Origin: Lingula anatina
Taxonomy: Eukaryota > Animalia > Brachiopoda
Direction: 5' to 3'
DNA: 64,000 nucleotides
Assembly (NCBI GenBank): GCA_051362555.1
Contig: CM120648.1
Span: 17,852,587-17,916,586, forward strand
The notes beneath the pieces are model-generated. The model did no database searches, was not told where the DNA came from, and was given only the letters and a program-made list of their open reading frames with translations. Within the stretch, counting starts at the first letter, position 1, and each line of letters starts with the position of its first letter. Shown piece after piece: positions 24,298 to 33,076 of this stretch. The position numbers and the translations under genes were made by a program.

Positions 24298-27113
24298 CCA
24301 ATTTAGGAATGAAAGAAAATATTTGCCAAAGTCCCCCACCAGAAGTAAACACAAAAATTAGGAACTGTGAATATCAAAATACATGTGCCCGGCTGAAGAT
24401 AATACTGGGTTTGCCAGGTACGTGCTTTGCAGTTCTTAATGCTGCTGCTAGGACAGTTATTTCTCTTTTATTATAAATTATAATTATTATTTTTATTTAT
24501 AATTATGAATATTTCAACCTAATATATGTATACAAATATGTTCTTTATAATTTAGATGGCTACATAAGCTATATATTTATATGTTCTTTATAATCCAGAT
24601 GGTTACTTTAGCCCTGAACATAACATGTGTTACTGCGAGACTTGCCACAAGATACGCGGAGATGAATCGTACTACAAACGTGGTGACCCACCCAAAGACT
24701 ACGCTGTGCCATTTGGTTGGTGCCGTTTTGCCTTAAAGTAAGACGGGTGTTATAATGAAATGTTCATTGCTGAACTAAATGAGATTTGACTAAATTTGAA
24801 GAAGAGTAACAGTGAGTGAAGATGTATGAAACATTAAAAGCAGCAAGGCATTAGGAATAGCAGTTGTAAAAAACTGCCTCAACTTAAATACATTCCATTG
24901 GTTAATAACGGAAGATTGTCATTAACCCCATGAAAATCAATTTCTTATTTGGCCAAATGAACAGTTATCCCCATAAGTTAGCTTATTTCTGACCTATCCA
25001 GAAAAGTGCACAAATAGATGACGTCACATTTTATAGAAAGAAAAAAGTAATTACCAGTAAGATAGTCTATTATAAATTCAATTCTTCATATAGTCCCCTT
25101 TAGTGTCTTATACATGTGATATCATCAGTGTATTTACCTGCTATAAACAAACATGATAAAGATTTGACGGAAGCCTCAATATTTCCATTCTATCCCAGGG
25201 TTCCTCATCGCGCCCAGGTGCTGAATGTGTTTGAGAAGTGGCACATAGCATTTCATGGGACGAGGTTTGACTGTGTTCGCAGGATTCTAGATTGCGGGGA
25301 TCTTCTCATGCCAGGTAGGTGTTACTAAGGCTTCGTTCACATGGAAAGTCTATTTTCTAAAAATTATTTTCTATTCGTGGTATATCTTGTGATCACAGTC
25401 TGTACCCTGAATATCCTGCAGCGTAATTACTGGCAGCGCGAGCCAGTTACTTCCAAAGCTGCGGGATTTTCAGGGCACAGACCGTGATCATAAGATACCA
25501 CGAATAGAAAATAGATTTTTAGAAAATAGACTTTCCATGTGAACGAAGCCTAAGTGATTATCATGTCTAAAGATGTATAGTCTTGTTAAGGTGCATTACC
25601 ATTTGCTATTAATGTAGTTTTTTTTCTGTTAGTATATTGTAAATTGATTTTACACAATGTTTTTATAATTCCAAAAAAGTGCCCTTTTGGCAAGTGTTAG
25701 TCTTAACTTAATTACTTACACTCAAAATACATCTTTGCAGTAAGACATGAAATTAATTCTCATCCATGCAAAATGCCCATAAATAAGTTGAAGAACTTAA
25801 CTGCCTTCGGCCCAAACCAAAAGATGTCTTTCTTCAATTTCAGTCAGATAAGATAAAAAAATTGACAGGCAACCCTCACACACACACACACCTAATGAAT
25901 CTTATGCCAATACACCTCTTACTTCTGACTTCACTCAAGTGTGTGAGAGAACAGAACACTTCCACAGTGACTCAGCTTTATACCAAGTAAACTTTATTAT
26001 ATATATTCACAATGGTGAACTGGTTGTATTATCTATTATAACAATGGTGAACTGGTTGTATTATATATTATAACAATGGTGAACTGGTTGTATTATATAT
26101 TATAACAATGGTGAACTGGTTGTATTATATATTATAACAATGGTGAACTGGTTGTATTATATATTATAACAATGGTGAACTGGTTGTATTATATATTATA
26201 ACAATGGTGAACTGGTTGTATTATATATTATCACAATGGTGAACTGGTTGTATTATATATTATAACAATGGTGAACTGGTTGTTTTCTCTGCCACAGGAG
26301 ATCTTGCCATGGGTGGACACCAGCTGGCGACACAGCCAGGACATTTTAACGAGAACAAGAAACCAGACGGGTTTGACATCAAGCAGATATTCCTGTCTCC
26401 AACTATAAGATACTCTGGGTGCCAAACCTATGCCCCAAAGTGCCAGTAAGTAGTATAGAAAGTAGTGCAGACCTGCTTTGTAATTGGGTGACACCTTTTG
26501 TGTATAATTTAAATTTGGTGTTGGTGTTTGTAATATTTTATAGAAATTGACAAGATAATTTATTTTGTGCATTGTTATTTTCTTTTTGCCTGTACATTTG
26601 ACAGCTTTGCTCCCTTGATTTTTTTTTTTTTTTAATTTATCAGCATTTTTGATGTGTCCTGTGTCATACAAGTTTGTCTGCATTGCAGTGTAGCTTTTAG
26701 TAAAGTAATATATAAATGCAATTCTTTTATCATCTCCTATATCGTACTGGTTTAACCTGAGATAGGAGGGCCCTTTTAATAGACAAGTAAGCATACTTTA
26801 CGCTAATTAGATAATTAAAAGTGCCACTGTGTAGTGTGTCATCAAAATATGCATGTATTTATTTTTTTTAATATATTTATTTATATTTTTCCAATACTTT
26901 ATCAGATTTAGAGACCCGAAGACAAAGAAGCTTCTCAGCGCCAGGGTAGCATTCCAAGTTCACGTGAAACCCGGCTCTTACAAGGTGGCGCCACAAACAA
27001 TAGGAGCTAATGAACAGATTGATCCCAAGCTAAGTAATAATGAACTTGAGTGGTCGACGAAGGAGAGAGGATCTATTGTGCTTTACGGACTTCTGATCAA
27101 GGTGGAGCAGTGA
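2723..27113 (+). CDS. NEURL4: Neuralized-like protein 4: six NHR domains plus C-terminal ADP-ribosyltransferase-like domain; 28 coding exons, about 1419 aa
   Basis: Manually spliced GT-AG exons: 2723-2887, 3483-3674, 4437-4602, 5614-5834, 6108-6219, 11545-11633, 12497-12637, 12899-13013, 13331-13427, 13611-13878, 14568-14730, 17327-17572, 18257-18335, 18684-18853, 19260-19400, 19713-19852, 20476-20694, 21203-21301, 21656-21787, 21931-22098, 22497-22655, 22970-23149, 23836-23911, 24307-24417, 24599-24737, 25199-25314, 26298-26445, 26906-27113. Total 4260 nt, open frame, all phases compatible. Six repeats of NHR motifs (FHxxxG, FNx[11 protein letters not shown], LHFxVNGxDxG, VIDLYG), then CYCxxC, AFHGT, SPTIRYS and ELEW in the C-terminal domain. 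Confidence 0.96.
4041..4380 (+). mobile_element. tRNA-derived SINE in NEURL4 intron 2
   Basis: Pol III A-box-like TGGTTAAAGTG (about 4054) and B-box GGTTCGACCC (4090-4099). Central CATACCAG...AAATGGTACCTGCTG...CAGCACTTAGGG block resembles conserved metazoan SINE cores. Short (TTTAC)n tail at about 4362-4380. Confidence 0.7.
6162..10758 (+). repeat. About 52-unit minisatellite (mostly 81-89 bp, variable internal (TA)n) made of the NEURL4 exon 5 3' end plus splice donor
   Basis: Unit CCATGACAACCTACAACCCCGTCACACTGGACTACCCTGCCACCATGACCAATATGAGATCAG|GTAAGTTACCCA(TA)n. I counted 51 intronic copies after the real exon end at 6219; the last donor at 10753 runs into unique intron. Confidence 0.97.
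11243..11489. mobile_element. Palindromic MITE, family A (ACCATTCCCAGA...)
   Basis: Internal inverted repeat CTTAGATGTCTG...CTACTGAAGCTG / CAGCTTCAGTAG...CAGACATCTAAG. Homologous to 47301-47553, 13904-14118 and 31221-31285. Confidence 0.7.
11562..12103 (+). repeat. Five-unit tandem repeat of the NEURL4 exon 6 3' part plus donor, separated by (GT)n/poly-G
   Basis: GGCATACTGACCAATGGGAAGGGAACCAGGAGAGAGTATGGTGACTATAACTTGGAYGAACTAAGG|GTAAG occurs in the exon (donor 11634) and four more times (donors about 11738, 11842, 11960, 12098). Confidence 0.95.
13904..14118. mobile_element. Palindromic MITE, family A
   Basis: Terminal ATTCCCAGAG / CTCTGGGAAT inverted repeats; internal similarity to 11243 and 47301 copies. 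Confidence 0.65.
14777..17081 (+). mobile_element. Non-autonomous Helentron-type (HINE/DINE-1-like) element with internal satellite, NEURL4 intron 11
   Basis: Subterminal inverted repeats GTACCACCAGC (14784-14794) and GCTGGTGGTAC (17032-17042); 5' hairpin GTACCACCAGC-gtgtat-GCTGGCGGTAC; 3' stem-loop GAGGCG-gtat-CGCCTC (17051-17066) then CTAGTT; T-rich flanks and no TSD seen. Confidence 0.75.
15573..16790 (+). repeat. About 9 diverged copies of a ~146-bp unit inside the Helentron-type element
   Basis: Recurring TATCTCCAAAACTGGCAGAGATAGGTCCATAGTTACTATTGAACTTGAATAGGAAGTCA...TGACCTTGAAATTGACCTTTGACCTACTTTT starting at about 15574, 15720, 15866, 16011, 16155, 16301, 16446, 16585, 16723. Confidence 0.9.
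17542..17781 (+). repeat. 120-bp tandem duplication spanning the NEURL4 exon 12 donor
   Basis: 17542-17661 is repeated at 17662-17781; donor GTTAGT in the first copy, GTTTGT in the second. Confidence 0.92.
18370..18562. mobile_element. Degenerate short Helentron-type element (same family as 50797-51083)
   Basis: GCAGACCTCTACCAAG...GATCACCACCAAAA.ATAATCAT...CCTGAAAATCTCATCACAATCTGTCCATAACTT aligns by eye with 50809-51000. Confidence 0.55.
20081..20243. mobile_element. Short TIR MITE (CAGGGGCGGATT...AATCTGCCCCTG), hAT-like ends
   Basis: 12-bp terminal inverted repeat with one mismatch; TSD unclear. Confidence 0.55.
23097..23280 (+). repeat. Old degenerate duplication (~110-bp period) of the NEURL4 exon 22 3' end plus donor
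   Basis: ACATTCCAAAACAGTGTTATGGCATTGTGGATTTATATGGTCAATGTG (exon) versus ACATTCCAAAACAAAGTTATGGCCTTGTTGATTTATATGGACTATGTG (from 23207). Confidence 0.8.
23548..23866 (+). repeat. Three-unit (~143 bp) repeat spanning the NEURL4 exon 23 acceptor
   Basis: AG|GTAACCATAG(T/A)GA(C/T)AGA(A/G)GCTG at 23550, 23695 and the real exon start 23836; the intervening sequences are also homologous. Confidence 0.88.
24222..24293. repeat. (TA)n microsatellite just upstream of the exon 24 acceptor
   Basis: About 35 TA units, seen directly. Confidence 0.95.
24536..24607 (+). repeat. 43-bp-period duplication of the NEURL4 exon 25 acceptor
   Basis: ATATGTTCTTTATAATTTAG|ATGGCTAC (AG 24554-5) versus ATATGTTCTTTATAATCCAG|ATGGTTAC (AG 24597-8, real). 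Confidence 0.82.
25329..25550. mobile_element. PIF/Harbinger-type (Tourist-like) hairpin MITE, 222 bp
   Basis: TIR GGCTTCGTTCACATGGAAAGTCTATTTTCTAAAAAT / ATTTTTAGAAAATAGACTTTCCATGTGAACGAAGCC; TAA target duplication at 25326-8 and 25551-3; near-complete palindrome. Confidence 0.88.
26009..26284 (+). repeat. 32-bp minisatellite (about 9 copies) running into the exon 27 polypyrimidine tract
   Basis: Unit ACAATGGTGAACTGGTTGTATTATATATTATA; the last copy continues TTTTCTCTGCCACAG| into the exon at 26298. Confidence 0.95.
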
Positions 27114-29467
27114 CAGTGGCTCCATCTATTGTATTAATACAATACTCATTTCAAGCATTAGTTAAGTTGAGGGTGTTTGTTAGGGGCAGAAGGGTTCTTG
27201 AGACTCTCGTTCTTATAGAACAAGCATGATTCAGGCTGGCCATAGAAAGTATTACTTTAGATGAAATTAAATTATGGAATTTTTCCCCACTCTAAGCAGT
27301 AGCATTTTAATACTTGCATACAATTCTTTGGGTTGAGAAGGTCAGTTTGGTCCTTCAAGACATAATGTTTGTCTTAGCCACTGCTTTGTTTAATATAGAA
27401 TGGGAGATATCATTTCAAACTTCAGGGCTTTGGAAGCCTATTAGTATTGATGGAAGTATTTAATATAAAACAGCATTGGTATTTATAATCACCCACTTAA
27501 ATCAGGGGCAGGTTCCACAAAATATCTTATGCCCAAAAATTGGTCTAAGTGCTAGGCCAAAAGTTTGGTCTAGTTCTGTTCAAGCTTAATCCAAAGTAGT
27601 TCACATAAGTAGATTTTGTTCTGTTCTAATTATATCCTTCATTTCATAGAATAACATTTTAAGATGGCTATCATTGATTTATTTTATAAAATTTCAGGTA
27701 GTTTGAAATTTTGGTTTCCAAATTTACACCAGTTTTGGGTTGAAGTTGTCTTGTGCAGCAGGTGCAATGGACGCTGTGTGCCAGATGTAGGAACTAGAAG
27801 ATTATTAGGATATTTATTGATGGTGCTATATAGATAATAAAATGGTGAAAACATTTTATTTGAGGTTTTGCTGGGGGTGGGGTCTTGGGGATGACAAAAT
27901 GATTGCAAACTGCCTCTTTCTAATCACTCAAATGAAGATATATTTATTATATTACATTGTACACTTGGTTGACAGATTTTTTTATTTTTGTCTTGTTTCA
28001 ATTTTTTTTTATTTGTCCCAGAATAATTTCCGATCATCTAGATGTGTACAATCAAAAATTTTGGTTTGATGGTCCAGAATTTGGAATAAAAAAATAGGGC
28101 AACAAATTAGAGCCATGTGATGAGGATTCTGGGATAAGGCATTGTGGGATAGCTGCATCCGCCAAGGAAGTTATGATGTTTACCTTTGTAAGGCTAGTGA
28201 AACTACTGTCAATCATGGCCTAATTGTGTAAAATGTTTGTGAAATTGTGTCCAAACTCTGTGTATTAACTTATTGAATCATTTGACACTGTGGCAATTCG
28301 TAAGCGCTTCATTCATGTATATTGTGAAATCGATGTCAATTCTCATTATTACAGTGACAGACGCATGCATTCTTTGGTAAGCTGAGATCAATATGAAAGA
28401 GACAAAGAAAAACAGCACATTCTGTTTGCTGTTTGCAATATTTCAATCATTCTTTCACCTTTGGGTTCAAAGGTACCTGAAGGCAGATGTCTTATGGCAT
28501 CAAGTTAACAGATATGATGCGAGGTTCAAGTTAAAAAGGAACCGCAGGGCGACTATGTGCTTGTAGTGCAAGAATTTAAAGATGCCAAATTTGTAGAATT
28601 GTGACATTTGTAGAATTACGAATATTTCAGTACACTTTGTTGTTGTAACTCTGTACAAATGTCTCTCTCTGTTTATAAAATAAAATGTTTCCAGTTGTTT
28701 CCTTGCACATGTTTTACGTTTAACCGAACCTGTTATTGTATGTTTGTTGGTACAATATATCAGATCGAGTTAAGCCCACATGGTATTAGAATAAAACATT
28801 AATAGTCATTTTAAAAAATACAATCTCCCGCTGAGAACGTTCATATCGTGTGATTCGATCATCATTCTCACAGAAAACTGGGGGAGTAATGTTGGCATCA
28901 ATAATTCGTCCAACGCTCATATTAAATCGAATAACACAATCATACTTGGATATAAGGCGCTCTTGATCACACCATTCTTCCAGTGTATTAACATACCAGG
29001 AAGTACAGTGAAATATGTCCTTATAAATGAGTAAGTACATACATAATAAATAGCAATCCTGTTGAAGTTCTTGAAATGACGGGTAAACTCGTCTTCACTG
29101 AAAATGGAATTAAAGCCCCTCGAAGACCAAATAATGGTGAAGGGGTGAACTTGACCTTGCAGACCACTTTCCAGCAGTTTCAAAAAAAGGGGGGGGGTCT
29201 ATTTCTGAAAAAGTGGACGTTTTACCAAGAAACCTATGTGTACTTGGGTACAAGTTTACCATGCAGAGGGGACCTTTTCCCGACAAAAAGGGGCTTCTCT
29301 CGAACCCACCAAACAGCCCTGGCCACGGGCCTGCTTTGTTATAATTTACAGAGGTCCAAAGGTTACTGTACGCTGACCTTCATTTCCCACATTTAGCTAG
29401 AGGTATTCCAGTAATATGAAATACTCAGGGTGTCAAACGTGGGCTGGTTCTAATGTCATTCAAGTTA

Positions 29468-30802
29468 CACACACTGGACAATAGAAGTGTCACCCCCTTA
29501 ATCAGTGTAATAAAAGTAGGCAGATCTTGGGTAGTTATAATGCCTGGTCTAATTATAATGTGACTAATGAGTATAAAACCGCTATACCATGTAATTGTAT
29601 TGTTGGTCTTGTACATGTACAGCAAATGTTATTCCTGTCTTCCTCCAATATGGCAAGATACAGGCAATTATCTAACGGTTATAGGTGCAAGTTATTAACC
29701 TGAAGAGGCGGAATATAAGCAATGTCAGAATATCGATACAATTGAATTGTTCAGTCAGAACCGTGCAGAGGGTCTGGTCTAGGTACAGAAACACTGGACA
29801 AATTGCCTCTGATGGGCCGTCCAAGAAAAACTACTGGCCGTGAAGACCGACGACTGATTTTGATGTCCAGGTTGTCAAAGTTCGACACTGCTTGTCAGTT
29901 GACAGCACAGTGGAACAATTTCACACATAAGAATGTGTATGTGAAAATTGCTAGGCGTCGGTTACATGCTCAGAGAGTGTACAGCAGGGTAAAAAGACTG
30001 AAACCTCTTATATCGTTACAAAGCAGGCAACGTAGAGTGAACTAGGGTCAACAGGATCTGGAACTGGACAGTCCATGACAATTGGTCCTGTATATTTTTT
30101 TTTTCTGATAAGTGTCGCTTTTGTCTGGCCTCTAATGACAGACGGGTACGATGCTGGCGAACTGCTGGTAAAGCATTTGAACCACATGCACTGAATTTTC
30201 GAACCCTGAGCAGCATATTCATCATGGTGTGGGGCTGCATCAGCATCCATGGCGTGGGCAAATTGATAGTGGTTGATGGAAACATGAATCACTAGAAATA
30301 TATCGATGTTTTGGAGTCAGGCTTGCTACCATCTATTACAAACATGTTTGGTGACAGGAATTATCCATTTGTTCACCAGGATGACAATGCTCCTTGTCAC
30401 AGGCCCAGAGCAGTTGATGATTGCTTTGACCAACAGGACATTCGCAGGGTGATGTGGCCTGCCCAGAGTCCGGATGCAAACATAATAGAAAATGTGTGGA
30501 ATGATATGTCAAAACTTTTGACAAATGCCCGTCTAACCAGCAGAGAAATATTCAGTGTTTCATGCTTGGGCCAGCATAAACCATGAACGCATCAGACAAT
30601 TATATGAATCCTTGCCACTAAGTACTAATTTTTGACTTGAAACTGCATATTTTGGTAGAATATATATTTTGTTCTCATTTTGTGATTTTTTGGTGAAATT
30701 TGATGTTAATAAAATGATACCAGGAGCATATTATTCCACAGTCATTTATCTCTCCCACAGAATTGGTTCAGTAGGGGTGACGCTTCTATTGTCCAGTGTG
30801 TG
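29468..30802 (+). mobile_element. Tc1/mariner (DD34E-type) transposon, full length, defective transposase
   Basis: TIR CACACACTGGACAATAGAAG(T/C)GTCACCCC at both ends; TA TSD (29466-7, 30803-4). Broken ORFs with HTH, GRPRK, MVWGCIS, HQDDNAPCH and WPAQSPDANIIENVW motifs. Confidence 0.95.
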
Positions 30803-31410
30803 TATAAAGGTTTCCACAAGTCACCTGACTGTACCTGTGTATAGCTGGTCACTCTCGAGTATTTTGATTAAAAATATTTTTAAGTATATTAAAATAATAA
30901 TTATAATTATGATGATGATAATTATTGAGTCTAAAGTCCAAATTTGTTTAGATTATAATAAAATTATTAAAATTAATTAAAACAGGAAAATTAATTGAAA
31001 CAAATAATGTATAAATTAAAATGTTACTTGATCACTCACTTAAAAAGCCATTAATAAAAACTATTCATAATTTTTTTTAACTAGATACGTTTTGAGTTCC
31101 CTTGTAACAGTAGCTTGAGTCTGTCCTACGCAGTTAAAGTGGGAACATATTCCATTCCCTAGCTACAGTAATGTAAAGAGAATAGTCAACATATGTGACT
31201 AGTCGAGCTTTACATGTTTAAGACCATTCCCAGACCCTATCGTATTTGGATCGAACTATCTCCGAGGGGATTCTCGCTTAATGTAATTAACAGTAGCTGT
31301 AGAGGAGTCAATTAGATGGTTTCTCCGTGAAGCTGTTTCTGATGTAAAACATGCATGACTCAGAAATTTGCGATATTTGTTTGTCCACAAAAGATATCCA
31401 CGTATACACC

Positions 31411-31475
<65 letters not shown>

Positions 31476-33076
31476 TGAAAAGTATTGACCACACTTTCGC
31501 AAATCTAAATAGCGATGGTTTCTGCAATGTTTTTATTACGAGGCTGTGTGATGACCCAGAATACTATGCTGCTGTCATTTAATTTTAGTACGTTCTTTAC
31601 CATGGAAACCCTGAGATCGGAAATACATATTTCATTTTCATCAAGGCAATTCCAGGATCCTTGATGTTACAAGGAGTCTACCCGGGCGGACTATCCATAT
31701 ATAAATGGGGATACTACTGTGGAACTATGTTTATATTGCTTTAAGACTTGGGACTATCTAGATTCCTGTTTAAATTAGGTCTGCCTTGATATTATCGGAG
31801 ATCAGTGTGGGATAATCGGGCATGGGTATGCACTCAGTCTTGTAGCAAGCAATTTCAAAAGGGGAGGTTCTTTATCTGAAAAAGTGGATCTTTTACCATG
31901 AAAACTTCATGTACCTACTGTATATAAAAATTTACCCAGAGGGGACCTGCCCATATATCAGAGGTACATGTACAATCATATAGCAATTCAACGGTTAACT
32001 GAAGAATAGCCGCGGTGTAACAAGAATGGAAGTCCGCTAGGAACCGTAGTCTGTTACCCATGACTTTGACCAGGTAACATTTTCCCCATACACTAACCCA
32101 AACTTTCCAACTTACATTAGCCTGTACTAATCATATGGGAGCCCGAACTCCATTCCCAGGTCTTCCATTCTAGTCCGGTGGCTTAAGGAAAAAATCGTGA
32201 CACGGCGGATAAAAGCACCAAATTTGGCATGTAGCTACCTTTTGACATTCTAAATCAAATTAGAGCCGTAGCCCTCTCAAACAATTTACCGTTTGGTCAA
32301 AAAAAAAAAAAAAAAAAAAACAAAATGGCCGCCAATTTGTGGAATTCTATAGAAATATGCACATACCTATGTTGATTTTTATCAACTAAATTATTTTCTC
32401 AGAGTTTTCCACACCCTTATTACCCATTTTATTCATATATGTCAGATAGCAAACAAGTTCCCTTGGACTTTTGAAAAATCCAAAATGGCTGTCATATGCC
32501 ATAGAAACAGCCATAGGAATACTAGTGCACAACTAATACCAGCTAGAAAGATACGTTGTCCACTATCAAGTTAAGTCTGTTTCTCAGATTTTGGTTACCC
32601 ACATAATATGTTTGTGGTGAGTAACTACGAAGTGTTCTTGGGCATTTTGGAAAATCCAAGATGGCTGCCATGTGCCACAGGAATTCTAGTATATCGGGGG
32701 ATTCAACTAATGACAACTGGAAAGATTAATTTTCCACTACCAAATTAGGTTTGTTTCTGAGTGTTTTCCACATCCTTTCCACCAACATAATATGTATGTG
32801 GTGAGTAACTAACATGTATTGTTGGGTATTTTGAGAAAATCCAAGATGGCCGCCATATGTCTTAGGAATACTTCTAGTATTACAAAGGGCTGGAACTAAT
32901 GCCAGCTAGGAAAAACATAATTCACTATCAAATTCAGTTTATTTTTTCAGTGTTTTACTCATTATTATTACACTGTGATACATATCTAGCAGGTAATAAA
33001 TGTGCATATTTGATCATTTTGAGAAAATTCAAGATGGCCGTCACTGGTCATAGGAATACTACTGGAATTACATGTA

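Noticed and set aside
26231-26794. 187-aa minus-strand ORF
   Set aside because: Overlaps NEURL4 exon 27 and AT-rich intron in antisense; no recognisable domain.
28786-29183. Minus-strand ORFs with a sialyl-motif-like YDCVIRFN string
   Set aside because: Short match only, no other motif or exon structure; probably chance.
31415-31472. Long poly(T) as the tail of a retrocopy
   Set aside because: No nearby poly(A) signal, TSD or recognisable coding body.
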